A stretch of DNA of 63,998 bases, filler included, from Globobulimina sp. (GCA_003354225.1; 52 parts of 52 records of this genome joined end to end with filler, not necessarily neighbours in it); one strand, 5' to 3'. Counted from the first letter of the whole stretch, positions 23,894 through 36,997 are shown. Made by a program: numbers and translations. The notes: generated by a model not told the origin, from the sequence alone.

Positions 23894-24567
23894 TCACACT
23901 GATTCAAATGTTAATAAATCATTATAATATCCATCACTCTCAATATAACTCTCCAATGTGGACGTAAATGATGATGATTTAGTGGGTGATGCCGAATATT
24001 GATAATAAATCCAACTTTGTTTACCATCTTTTTTATAATTATTCTTATTATCTTTCCAACATCCACTTATTGAACATTTCAACTTATTTTTATTTTTCAA
24101 TGATGATAAATCACTCAATAATTCCAACAACGCGGAAAATGAAAATGAATATGATATGTCACCATATGTACCCAAACCAAGTCCCGTCGCATAAATAATA
24201 ACATGTTGTAAATTTATAAACATATTCAAAATAGATTTTTTTACTAAATATTTTAATTTATTTGATTTATCATCACAATAAACAATATTATTAATATCAT
24301 ACTTTCCTTTTTCAAATGAATCAAATAATATATTTTGTAAAACATTTGGAGTATATCTATCAATCCGATATAAATTAATGGTAATAGTTTTTTTCTGTAA
24401 ACAAAACATATGAAATGTATCTAAAACATAAGAATCATAATTAACATTTTTACAAATTATTCCCATTTCATATTCAATCAATGATGATATTATACCATAA
24501 TCTTTTTTATTTACTGACTTCTTCAAACCATTTAACTGCACTCCGGATAAAACCGCATCGAACCAAT
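23894..24567 (-). CDS. Hypothetical eukaryotic protein, C-terminal part
   Basis: Long, very AT-rich ORF open at contig end. Confidence 0.65.
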
Positions 24568-24723
24568 NNNNNNNNNNNNNNNNNNNNNNNNNNNNNNNNN
24601 NNNNNNNNNNNTTAATTAATTAANNNNNNNNNNNNNNNNNNNNNNNNNNNNNNNNNNNNNNNNNNNNATTATTTTGTTAATTATGTTTAGTTACGACAAT
24701 AATCATCAAAAAACCTTTTTGAA

Positions 24724-25800
24724 ATGGGCTCGTGTGCAAACTTATGTTCAACTCCAAACAAATCATTTTCTTCTAAGATAGACTATCAACAATTAACTGA
24801 TAAAGAGCATCAACAACACGTTCACCGATTACTTATTTTAGGAGCTAAATCCTCGGGAAAAACAACAATCATAAAACAATTAAATTTTATACAGGGAATC
24901 AAAGATGAAAATGACTCAAAATCACGTAAATATTCAATAATGAATATCAGAAAAAATTGCATTGAAAATATGATAGTTTTGTGTGAAATGAATGAGGATG
25001 AAAAATACATTGAAACCTTGAATCAATTTGATATTATGAATGATAATGATTTATATAACATATCAAATTATATGATTAACATTTGGAGTCAACAACATAT
25101 AAAATCGTCATATTCATTGCGCTTTCACATAGATGCTACAAATATGAATTATGCCTATTTTTTAGATGATAATATGCAATATTTTTTTGATAAAATTGAT
25201 GAAATTATGAATATAAATTATGTACCGAGTGATGAGGATATTATAAAGTATAAAACAATTAAATATTCAATTACCGATTTATCCTTTCATTTTCACGCTG
25301 ATTATCAACCATTTAACTTGATAGATATTGGAGACTATGATTGCAAATCACAGATTTACAGTGATGTAATTCAACCAAATGGTCAATTTGAGGACAGAAA
25401 GATTATATTTACTGCAGCATTGACTGATTATTGCATATATGACGCAGATGAATGCAAAATGAGGATGCAAATATCAATGGATTATTTCAAACAAATTGTT
25501 GCTTCGCGTATTGTACTTGGGATGAATGAAATAATTTTAATACTTACCAAAATTGACATATTTGAGCGCTGTTTAGCTTCAGGAATACCACTATCACATT
25601 TTTTTAAGGTAGTATTCGAATTAAATATATATAAAGTTTGCACAAACATTATATCCATACTTCCATTATCAAGAATGTTTGTGCTCCCTTTATATTATGA
25701 TTTAAATCCTAATGAAGGATGAATGGGATGGACAAAATTATGTGAATCCAAAATTACGTTTGGTAGTTACGTACATGATAAGACATGAATGTGATCAGCC
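24724..25800 (+). CDS. Divergent heterotrimeric G-protein alpha subunit (3' partial, intron near 25609)
   Basis: MGSC start, RLLILGAKSSGKTTIIKQL, YFFDKIDEIM..NYVPSDEDI, IIF.AAL.DY, IILILTKID. Confidence 0.88.
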
Positions 25801-25900
25801 NNNNNNNNNNNNNNNNNNNNNNNNNNNNNNNNNNNNNNNNNNNNTTAATTAATTAANNNNNNNNNNNNNNNNNNNNNNNNNNNNNNNNNNNNNNNNNNNN

Positions 25901-27033
25901 AAATGATTTATACTGTTAAGTATTTGGGTGTCATATTAGATCACCAATTATCCTGGTTACCTCATATGGAATATCAACTTAATACATGTTATTCAGTATA
26001 CTACTCCATTAAACATAACCTAAAACATATATGGCACATCAATGCCAACGTGGTACCAACCATTATAGAAACGTGTATACTTAGTAAGTTACTCTACGGT
26101 GCAGAGCTACTGGGCGACGTAGCCCAATCTCACTTTAATAAATGGCAGATATCCATAAAGAAATTAATGAAATTCATTGTCGGGACCCATAATATAGACA
26201 AAAACACATCGATAGCGGCCCTCCAAACATTATGTAATTGGAAGCATTGCTGGATTGAGGCGAAAATTCGTTCCTCATTATACTGGTCCCGCATAATAAG
26301 ATGTGCCGTAAATAACCCATTATACAAATTAATTAGCGATAATTGGCTGACTGACTGGAAGCATTTGGCCAAATTGTGGACCAATTTTAAGAAGAATAAT
26401 AACAAATTAATTCCATTAAATGATATCGATGACTATGACCAATCAGGAGATCATAAAGACATCAAAGGAGACATTCTATTACGTGACTGGAGGATATTTG
26501 CGAAACAGAATAAAATCTCCACCAAATATAACACCAAATCCCCACTATTCACCTCCTTTCGCAATGCTTTGGTTGCAGGGAAAGGTGACATTCAACACCT
26601 CGCAACCCTGATAAACATGAAAAACCTCCCAAGAAAAACCTCGACTCACTTCGAACCCTTTCAGAAACACGAAAAGGGAATAACTGCCGACATAAGATAC
26701 GATCCAGAACCATTCACTGACCATGAATTCATAATAAATCATAATTGCCATAAAAAAGAACTACTCATCTTTACGGACGGAAGTGTTTCTATAACAGAAC
26801 TGGGAGGAGCGGGATGCATGGCAATATATTCAGAAACATACGCAAATTCTTATTATAATGTGGAGGAAGGAACATTTAAACCAAACTGGTCAGACCTTTC
26901 CCTCACAGATAAAGACAAAAACGTGGATAAAAAAAATATATTACAACCAAATAAAAACATAATCGCAGTAAACGCAAATCCGATAGCAATTAGGGGCTCA
27001 ATTGATTATTGCGAATTGATGGCAATATTTAAA
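25901..27033 (+). mobile_element. Non-LTR retrotransposon: RT thumb through RNase H (partial)
   Basis: VKYLGVILDHQLSW..H, I.S.LLYG.E, LLIFTDGS...GGAG, SIDYCELMAI. Confidence 0.88.
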
Positions 27034-27133
27034 NNNNNNNNNNNNNNNNNNNNNNNNNNNNNNNNNNNNNNNNNNNNTTAATTAATTAANNNNNNNNNNN
27101 NNNNNNNNNNNNNNNNNNNNNNNNNNNNNNNNN

Positions 27134-27828
27134 GAACAAAATTAAATGATGAAGAAATAGAATTAAAATATAAAGGACCGGTTAACGATTTACAAAATGC
27201 GATTGATGCGGCAAAATCTGGTGATAAAATATTAATTTATGATGGAAAATATTTGATGGAAAATGATACTGTTTATATTAAAAAAGCTTTGCATATCATA
27301 GGTTGTGGTAATGTGTTGTTACGATATTCTGGAGTTATTATTGCAAATGATATTTATTTCAAAAATATTAAAATTAGAACATGTAGATATGCTATGTTAT
27401 TAACGGAAAAATGTAGATTGTTTATGGAAAATTGTGACATGTCATTGGTTGCTGATGGAATTTGTGTGCATGAAGATAGTGTTCTTAATGTTGTAAATTG
27501 TAACTTTTATGCTGGTGGTTATTTTGAGAGTAATATGGCAATTCGTATACATGTCCATGCAAAAGAAGTCAATGTGATCGGTTGTATGTTCACAGGATTT
27601 GATAATGAGTCCATTTGGTTACAGAGTTTTAATTTACAGCCAAAGGTAAAATTAAAATGTGTGGATAATTTGTTTAAATATTCCACCATTCCAATTGGTG
27701 GAGCATATTTATCAGATGCCGTTTTCCGTGATAATAAAGAAAAGAATGGCTATGAAACTGTGGATGTGTTGGACTTTTTTAATAACAAAACACGACGTCG
27801 ACTTGATGCACTTGACGGAGCTTTTTGA
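27134..27828 (+). CDS. Right-handed beta-helix protein (5' partial)
   Basis: LQNAIDAAKSGDKILIYDGKY...IKKALHIIG, repeated NC.F turns. Confidence 0.8.
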
Positions 27829-29599
27829 AAGAAAATCCTTTAACTTTTTAGTGAATCGCTTATCTAAATAAAAATGTCATGACACAGTCCTTCAAAAATG
27901 ATAGAGGAATAGTAGCACCTGTATGTAATTTGGACAGTAGTATGACGTTCGCATCGCATTCAACCTGAACCATATACTGAGCAAGGAATAGTGGCACTTG
28001 TATGTAATTTGGACAGTAGTATGTATGGCGTATTTTTAGGAATGTTGAATCAAAAAAGTATTTAATGGTTTATTGAATCAAAAAATCATTGTAGTTCAAA
28101 AAAATCATTGTAGGTGGAAGGAAAATAGGTTAATAATAAAATGTTAAAGGTAACATTTAACTTTTTGCTTTTCAGTTTGAAATTACTGTTTTTTACTGTA
28201 AACTCTTTGAATTTACAGCTTTTTACAGATTATTCAAAATAAAAACATTGAAAGTAAAAATTGAATNNNNNNNNNNNNNNNNNNNNNNNNNNNNNNNNNN
28301 NNNNNNNNNNTTAATTAATTAANNNNNNNNNNNNNNNNNNNNNNNNNNNNNNNNNNNNNNNNNNNNAACCCTACCAGACCCCCGATTTTGGACCAGATAC
28401 CCCCTAAAAATTGTTTTAGCGATTTTTTTGAAATATTTACCCAGTCTCGGACCCCGCTGCATGTACGTATGATACCTATTAAAATAAATTATACTGACCT
28501 GTTCCCACGTGGGTGGTCCTTTTGGAACTAAAATAATAGTTGGTTTTCCAATTGATTTCCAGTTTCTTCTTTTGTTTCTTTAATCATTTCTGATTGATTA
28601 TTATTTTCAGTTTGTTCTTGTGTTTTAATTTCTTCTTCTATTTTGGATTGTTCAAGTTGAGTTATTTCTGTGTCAAGTTTGATACTGGAATCGTTTGAGG
28701 GAAACATACTGAAAATGGATATATTGATGGAGTATTGACAAGCATTACTGTGCTGTGCTGTACTATCGTATTGGGTACTATTTGTGGGTACTATTATCCA
28801 AAAGGAAATAAGGTATTTCCCAACCCCAAAATCCCCCTACCTATTAGAATGTTGATCCATTAATTGTGGACTATTTCTGGAATGAATAGAACTCATATCA
28901 TCATCATCTCTACTATAAATATGTTGAACCAAATAATCCATGTTGTCATCATCCTTTTCATCTACATCTTCATCATCACTAATTGGTCAACTATGACCAC
29001 TTCTTTCTACTAATTCTGCTTTTGTGGAACAATGACGATTGCGAAGTGATTATTGATTGTTCTGATGCTTTATCTTTGGATGGTGAGAGTATGGATTTAG
29101 GGGGAGTTTTTCTGAAATCATTTGGGTACATTTGGAAAGATAAACTGTTATATTGTCTGGTCACTTTTAGTTTAAATCTGCAGTCAATGTCACCACCATT
29201 TGCGTTTGGCCACTAATTAGTGTTGCACTACCCTGAATAAGGGTAATACTAGGGTATTCAAAGGAACTTTTGTTAAAATACCCAAGTACTTGTCTTATTC
29301 AAGGTATGTAATGAAATATTAGTGAGTCTAGAAAAACAAACGATAGTCATTGGCTGCGATTTGAACTAAAAGTTGTGTTCTTGCGTCGTTGGATTTGGAC
29401 GCAAGAACGCTACTTGGATTTTATTGATTAATACTTGATTGATAGATAAATCGATTTATTGATTACTGGATAGATTGATAAATCGATTTATTGATTACTN
29501 NNNNNNNNNNNNNNNNNNNNNNNNNNNNNNNNNNNNNNNNNNNTTAATTAATTAANNNNNNNNNNNNNNNNNNNNNNNNNNNNNNNNNNNNNNNNNNNN

Positions 29600-30732
29600 G
29601 GCAGCACACGCAAATAGATTCCAATTAAATAGACGCAAAACATAAACAAAAACCAGACAAAGATGACATAAAAAGACCACACATTTATCAAATAGTTGCG
29701 GGGATAAATGGAATATGTCAATTCCATCTCAGATCGCAATGTTTCTGTTTCTGAAATTAAAAACAGATTCGCATACAATTTGTTGAGAAATATTCCATTC
29801 GGATCCAAATCAGCTCTCAAAATGCCAAATTTCTGCAACTTTTGCCGCTTATTTTCGGCTTTGAAACCATAGAAATTGTCACTATTAAACCACAAATACG
29901 GCCAATGCACACTGCCATTATATTTATCCACCACGATACGCTCAAATGAGTCAAATCTCTCCGCAAACAAATACCTGTTCTCGCTGCACGAACTGATTTG
30001 GATTTCAATGTGACACAAATCCATATCCATCAACAAGGCGCCACTCTGATTAATATAAGTCACCTCAATGGGCAACATTCGCATCGATGCCGCCAACTCT
30101 TTCGCCAACTCCTTGCCATCAAACACCGCATTCATACATTCGTCGGCATGCACAAAATAGCCATATCTCTCCACATAATATGCCGCCCTCTGTATGCTCA
30201 ACGGCAACGGCACCACATCGCCGACGGAAACCTGCGAATATCTGCCATAACGCATAAAATGGGAAACCGCCACATCAAAACAACTCGGCAACACACACGA
30301 AATGGGCGTAACTAACGCATTGAATATGTCTGCTGCCAAATTACCACTTCTCTCCGCCTCATAATCATAATCATTGTCAGTGTCAGTGTCACCATCCACT
30401 TCCTTCCAAACTGTCCACAATAAATCGTCAGAATAAGCATCCACAAATAACTGCGTCCCAATCACATCACTCTCACTCTCATTCATCTCCACATTGTCAA
30501 TTGTAACATTTTTATACTCCATTCGTTGCACAAATGTCAGCGCAAATATCTGCAATCTAACCTGGTGAACGACGCCTAACACTCCCAAATTACAGGCAAT
30601 TCCCTCCAAATACGGCACGCCCGAAATAGAGGCATTGCGCGTAAACTCCCTCTCCGTTCCCATGCCGTCCACCACCGACGCACTCACCACATAATCGCCA
30701 AACAGCTGTCCTCCAAACAGCGGGCCAAAGGC
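29600..30732 (-). CDS. FAD-linked aldonolactone oxidase-like (GULO/ALO family) with C-terminal TM (partial)
   Basis: VSASVVDG.G, LGVLGVV..V.LQ, PIEV, Y.G.VHW, F..LR..LDPNGIFLN. Confidence 0.8.
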
Positions 30733-30832
30733 NNNNNNNNNNNNNNNNNNNNNNNNNNNNNNNNNNNNNNNNNNNNTTAATTAATTAANNNNNNNNNNNN
30801 NNNNNNNNNNNNNNNNNNNNNNNNNNNNNNNN

Positions 30833-31965
30833 GAGTGAATGCGAGTCGCTGCAAAAAACAACATGTGATAAGGTATTGGAAGCCATTGGATTTGGCTCAT
30901 CATCACCGCAGCCACCACCATCTCAACCATTGCAAACAAAATATGATAATGGTATTGGTAATGACAATGATAATAATGGTAAAGCTTTGTGTGACGAAGT
31001 ATTATGCGACGAATCAATATGCGATGAAGAATGGGAACAAGAGTCCAATATATTAAGTTGCAATGCGGAGAGACAATTTACGCGAACATGGTATACCCAG
31101 CAGTTCAAAATATATATGAATCAGCGAAAATATGTATTATCAGATTACAACACTTATATCGAAGCAGAAATAATTAAAAACAAAGATGACCAGCAATATC
31201 AGACATGTATAAACGTTCAAAGCCAAACTGTTCGTTCCATCTTATTGAGAGAAATTGATTATTTACAAGATATGCATGACATTCACACTAAGTATCTAAT
31301 AGAAACCGATATCGATATAGCTCAGTTACAAAAAATCGATATCGATATAACTATGCTTAGTACGAAAGCAAAGCTACAGATACAAAAAATCGAGTTACTA
31401 CACGAATTACACAAATTAGAGCACAATCATTCTTTATACCTGTATAAGTTTCGTGGAACTAAGAATGCTGAAGATTTAAAAAAACATATATATGATCTAA
31501 TACAAAAATGCAAACAGCAGAAAATGCGTAAACTAACGGGTGAGATTGAAATAATTAATGAGAAAATATGCGAAATTAACAACACGGAGATACACGCCAT
31601 ACAAGGATCACATTCCGCAGATCAAAAATTAAAAATTGTTGAGGAAAAAATGTCTCAAAATCCATTTGTTACTCGACGGACACAACATTTACAGCATTTG
31701 AACGATGAAAATATGTATTTAATTCATACGTGTCAAGCAATCAAAAATAGAAAAGGAGTTAAAGATATGATTGATAATTTCAACAATGGGAAACTTGATA
31801 AAAACATCAAAGTATTGACCCAAAAAGGTGTACTTTCAGTGGATGCAGGAAAAAAGTTGGATCATTCAAGCGCATCCTTTCGGAATGCCAGTGTTGGCAA
31901 AAGATTTAAAAAAGAAAAATGTTGCATTGAAGAGTACCAGCTGCAGTTTAAAATATATTTATACC
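30833..31965 (+). CDS. Hypothetical coiled-coil protein (partial)
   Basis: >370-codon open frame; no recognised motif. Confidence 0.6.
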
Positions 31966-32065
31966 NNNNNNNNNNNNNNNNNNNNNNNNNNNNNNNNNNN
32001 NNNNNNNNNTTAATTAATTAANNNNNNNNNNNNNNNNNNNNNNNNNNNNNNNNNNNNNNNNNNNN

Positions 32066-32550
32066 ATTGCGACTGAGATATTACCTGATTTTAAAAATAA
32101 AGTAGAAGAATTCGTAGGGATAAAAATTCCAGAGAATATTTTGTTAAAATTTCCAGAATTAGAAGAATTGAAGAGAATTAAAGGAAACAAAGTATTTGCA
32201 GATAATGAGTCAAAAGAATTTGTTAAAGAATTATTCAATGCAGTAGCAAAAGAAAACCTAACAAAGATTGCAGAATTGATGCAACAAGATACTGCAAAAT
32301 ATTTAGTATATTCTACATATGCTATTCAATACATTTCAAAAATTACAACAACGTATGGAGATTATTTGGATTCAGAAATTTATTTAAACAAATTCATTTT
32401 GTCAAGATATCCACAGATAATTCTGCATAAGCAAGGTGAACCGTATGAATCAAGATTTCAAAGTGTTAACTCAGGATATCTAGGAGCAGTAAAAATGACA
32501 GTTCTTGAAGAATTAATTCATTCAACACAAGAAAATCTTCAGCAAGTTGG
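32066..32550 (+). CDS. Thaumarchaeal (Nitrosopumilus-like) conserved hypothetical protein, truncated
   Basis: KYLVYSTYA.QYISKITTTYGDYLD...IYLNKFILSRYPQIIL.KQG...KMTVLEELIHSTQ recalled as a Nitrosopumilus family; AGA/GAA-rich codon usage. Confidence 0.65.
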
Positions 32551-32794
32551 TAAAACCATAATTTGAAAAATATTTGCCCCAAACAACAATAAATATTACC
32601 AGAAAGAGCTGGTTTTCAAGATCAGATACTTTAATTATTGTTGCAGGGTTTTTTAAGCTGGTTTTCATATCTAGTAAAAGTTATTTAGTGTACTTGGTAA
32701 TCACAATAATTTCATCAACGAAAACTCTTTAAATCATTGCGCAGAAATCAATTATTTATCACTCTCAATTATTAAATTAATCAATTACGGTTAA

Positions 32795-33198
32795 ATGTCA
32801 GATTATGACTATGATCCGAATCATATTCATTTATATGAACAGAGCACAAAACAATGGCTGGTATGTACTCGTCTCTGTTTCTGTCACTGTCAGACAATAA
32901 CAAACATCTGTCGTTGAATAAATACAGTGTACCACAGCCAGTCAGATTTTTTTTATGCAGTTAGGATTTTTATGTTATGAGGTTGGATTTGTGAAACCTG
33001 TATGGACTCAATGTGTTATTATTAAAAACATCGAGGATACATTTGTTGTAAGTACACATATCTATAATCTATATCTAATATTACACATACAATATATAAA
33101 TATAGGGGGTTCTTACCTTCTTAACATTTGGTTACACTCTCTCAGAATCTGATAGTTTTTATGGAATTATTGGCATTCCAACCAATCCGTTATTAATT
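32795..33198 (+). CDS. AMT: Eukaryotic ammonium transporter N-terminus, introns 32861-32927 and 33048-33105 (3' partial)
   Basis: Spliced: WLCTTASQIFFMQLGFLCYEVGFVK...IIKNIEDTFVGVLTFLTFGYTLS....YGIIG. Confidence 0.85.
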
Positions 33199-33378
33199 NN
33201 NNNNNNNNNNNNNNNNNNNNNNNNNNNNNNNNNNNNNNNNNNTTAATTAATTAANNNNNNNNNNNNNNNNNNNNNNNNNNNNNNNNNNNNNNNNNNNNAA
33301 AGAAACAATCAACAATCAACGTCGGGCTCTGGTGAAAAAACCACTCATAGCGAAAATCCTGGCCAAGCTAGCCCTGCA

Positions 33379-33873
33379 ATGTGCCAGCGATTTCTTCTAG
33401 TGGCCGAAAAAGAATTTGAACGATTACTGCAAACTGGAGACAATTCAACAACTACTGTGACTGAACCTGAACCTGGACTTGATATATTGGAGATTTTGCC
33501 ACAACGATTGAAAAACGCGGCAGTGCCTCTATTGGCTGCTCTGCGACAACGCTGTACTCCTGAACTGCTGAACTGGAACAGCAAAACTGGTGAAATTACT
33601 GTCAAAGGAGAACTAATTGTCAACTCCAACATTGTGGACCTCGTCTGTGCTCTTCTGCAACCCTTTCAAAAGGCGTCACTAAGAGGACTTGATCAATTGA
33701 TCCAGCTCCTCAGTGAAAGCAACTTCCCATCTCTCCTCATCAGAAACCTGAAGATCCGCCAAGCCCTAAACCCACCTCTGGTACCTCAAGAACCACCACA
33801 AACTATTGAAGAACAGCCCACTACCGAAGAACCCCTGATCAAGAAACCCCGGATCTGGCTTAAATGGGACTGA
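33379..33873 (+). CDS. Polinton/Maverick-type conserved ORF upstream of integrase
   Basis: ILP...A..LL..L....LNWN...GEI.V.G..I.NSNIVDL; overlaps neighbouring ORFs at both ends. Confidence 0.7.
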   Translation: MCQRFLLVAEKEFERLLQTGDNSTTTVTEPEPGLDILEILPQRLKNAAVPLLAALRQRCTPELLNWNSKTGEITVKGELIVNSNIVDLVCALLQPFQKASLRGLDQLIQLLSESNFPSLLIRNLKIRQALNPPLVPQEPPQTIEEQPTTEEPLIKKPRIWLKWD

Positions 33874-34431
33874 ACGACAATAAACTATTGGACGAATTGT
33901 ATTATAATGAAAATAAAAAATATGGTCTGCGAGGAGTCCAACCATTGTATCATGCTGCAAAGGCCAAGAATCCAGATATTACATTGAAAATAGTCAAAGA
34001 TTGGTTAAGGTGAGTGATTAATAGTACTTGTTGTCATTTCTTATGGAATGTTTTAGGTCGCAACCCACTTATACTCTATGGCGCCCAGCTAGAGTCAGAT
34101 ACCCAAGGAACAAGTTTCAAATAAAGCACTGCCAGCAGTTGATGCAATTTGATTTAATGGTCCAGAAGAATTCTCCAGAAAAGGATTCAGAATCCGGAAA
34201 AATCATGGTTTTCGCTCTCATCGCTCAGGATAGTTACAGCCGGTTCACATTTGCTGTGCCATTACCGGCCAATAAAGCCAAGAATATTCAAGATGCACTG
34301 GATGTTATATTCGCCACCGGATACCTGCCAGAATCTGTTCTAGTAAGTTTATGACTTTTACCAGCCATAATAAATTTTGATTTTTTTTTTCTGGCGGACA
34401 AAGCGGGAGAACACGTATCAGCTTCTACTCG
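33864..34431 (+). mobile_element. Polinton/Maverick retroviral-like integrase, introns 34010-34056 and ~34343-34393 (3' partial)
   Basis: Spliced: LLDELYY...IVKDWLR/SQPTYTLWRPAR..YPR...QFDL...LIAQDSYSRFTFAVPL..K...YLPESVL/ADKAGE. Confidence 0.85.
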
Positions 34432-34531
34432 NNNNNNNNNNNNNNNNNNNNNNNNNNNNNNNNNNNNNNNNNNNNTTAATTAATTAANNNNNNNNNNNNN
34501 NNNNNNNNNNNNNNNNNNNNNNNNNNNNNNN

Positions 34532-35664
34532 GATGGGAATAAACACGAATTCCTGCCGTTCATGGATCGAATGAGCTGGTTTGAACGCGTAGGCTTAGAA
34601 TATTTAGCGAAGCAACATATGACTGACGAAGAGATGAAAGAAATGAAAGACAAATTACAGACAATCAAAGGTATACACTCTCGTCTTTCCAGTCTGAAAC
34701 AAATCGATTTCTCCAGTTTGAAACTGCAAATATGCGCAATGCCAAAACCTATTTCAGTTTCAAACTAGAATCATACACAAACCACACCACAGACACGGTG
34801 ATAGAGCGTGCTTTCGGTCGTCTTCGATCAAAGATTGTCGAAATCGACACTATGGTGACTCGCCTACAAGAGATCCAAATGCGAGGCAATAGCAAATTAT
34901 TACGCGAGGACAACATCAAAATGCCGATCGATCGCCGCGAATTGTTGCGCATGCACAACGAGAGCAGCGGGAAGTATCGCAACCAAAATGAATTATTACG
35001 CAAACTGTCGCGAATGCGATACTGTATCAACCAGCAGACGTCGGAACAGATCGCGTCCTGTGTCTGCGGCGAGGAGTTATTCGCAATGAGCGTCCAAGAG
35101 TGCAATTACAGCGACTCTTGGTGGTGCAGCCATTGTTGTGAGACCTACTACAAACACGACATGCTATATCACTGCGAGAATGGCAAGAAATGCATCTACA
35201 ACGAGTTGATGCAATACATCTACGACTTGTGTGAGCATTGCTGGAACCGCTTGAAACTCAAAGATTATGCCACTGAAATGGAGGAGAAGCAGCACCAAAT
35301 GCTGCGCCACAGCCACCATCATGCGGAGAATCATAATGTGAATACCATACACTTAATGATCAGGAAACGTTTGTGGGAAAGTCTGCAAATACTACAACAG
35401 TGCATCAACACTGCACATAACAACATCACGCATCACCTCGTCAGGGCCAACGGCAATGGCCAGCACTTAGAAGTCATGGACAAATTAGCCAAACGGATCT
35501 GTAATTTCGAGACGCAATTTGTCAAATGTTAAGTGGTTGAATTTATATACATATCCTTACACAGACTGTATATATCATACACAGTGAAGACCTGTTTGGA
35601 GGACGAAGAACGCGAGAAATGCAGCAGCAAAATGCAAGACTTAGTCAACATACTGAAGGAGCAC
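34532..35664 (+). CDS. Hypothetical eukaryotic protein with Cys-rich zinc-binding domain, spliced (partial)
   Basis: CVCG...WWCSHC...LYHC....KC......YDLCEHC; GT-AG introns near 34671 and 35530. Confidence 0.65.
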
Positions 35665-36266
35665 NNNNNNNNNNNNNNNNNNNNNNNNNNNNNNNNNNNN
35701 NNNNNNNNTTAATTAATTAANNNNNNNNNNNNNNNNNNNNNNNNNNNNNNNNNNNNNNNNNNNNGCGAGTTCCGGAGATATTTCTAGTATACAACAACAG
35801 AGCCAATAATAGAAAGATAGAAACGTTTCATGGTCAGATAAGTTATTGTGTACACGATAAACACTGAAATTATAGTGAGGTGCGAGTGTGCAGACAGTGA
35901 AATTGCGGAGAAACTTGAGAGAGAATGTGACGTTAAAATTAAATATGTTTGAATGGGACAAATTGACCCAAACAAAACAGAAATTTGACCGAAAAAGCAA
36001 TAATATAACACATAAAAGTCGAACACAGAACAAGTAATTGATTGCATCTGATACAACTATAAAATTGGTAGCGTTGAACAATTTGTGTAATAAAATTAAG
36101 TGCTAAACCACCCCAGATACGATAGTAAAATATGGAGAATATTTGCATAAAATACGTAGAATATTGGCATATAATATATATTGAATGGTATAAATTTGAC
36201 ACATAAAATAAACATAAAATGAAATAATATGAGATATATATATTGATAATTGGAACGTCTCTGAAT

Positions 36267-36897
36267 TTATGAAGACGGCTTTTTAATTAATTCACAATTA
36301 CATAACGGATGTTTCTCACCGGAATGAAGGACACATTCATGTTTCTTGGGACAATTGTCGCCTTTCTTACATTCCGCGGTAGCATTATAAAATGCACATT
36401 TATCACTTTTGCGAAAATCAAAGGTAGTACCTGTATCTTTCAACATTGTGGTAATTTTCTTGGAATTTAAAATCATGGGATTCTTCTTCCAACGCTGCGT
36501 AAAATCATTGTGATCATCATCATTCGGAGGGGAGTCATCTCGATTTCTAGAGTCACGGTTGCGACGTCTTCGATTGTCCCGATTTTCATATTGACGTTTA
36601 AATTTGTTATAATATTTCTTTTCTTTGGTGATTTTCTTGATTGGTTTGGTAGTTAAATGAATTTGATCAGGTTTAAATGATGAAAAATTGTCAGATAAAA
36701 ATGAAATAAATGATATATTTGTTTTGCGATAGGAATTATTCTGTAACCAATTTGAAGAGAACGTGGAATAAAGCGATTGATTTTGATTGATAGCGATTTG
36801 TACACCTTTTTGAAACCACGCCCATAGTTCTTGAGGCGGAAAGGTTGGATCTTTCATCAATGGGTGTAATAAATTGATTGTTTTGTTCAAATCAAAG
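36267..36897 (-). mobile_element. gag-like ORF1 of a DIRS/Ngaro-type retroelement (5' partial)
   Basis: Basic low-complexity tract, then terminal C..YN....C.....C...H.C......H....C knuckle. Confidence 0.55.
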
Positions 36898-36997
36898 NNN
36901 NNNNNNNNNNNNNNNNNNNNNNNNNNNNNNNNNNNNNNNNNTTAATTAATTAANNNNNNNNNNNNNNNNNNNNNNNNNNNNNNNNNNNNNNNNNNNN

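Noticed and set aside
27905..28023. Two ~40-bp direct repeats separated by ~39 bp (CRISPR-like spacing)
   Set aside because: Only two imperfect, non-palindromic copies in the 3' flank of a eukaryotic gene, with no cas genes; a local duplication.
29376..29407. 11-bp hairpin GTTCTTGCGTC/GACGCAAGAAC as a structured RNA
   Set aside because: Isolated hairpin next to simple repeats, with no family motif.
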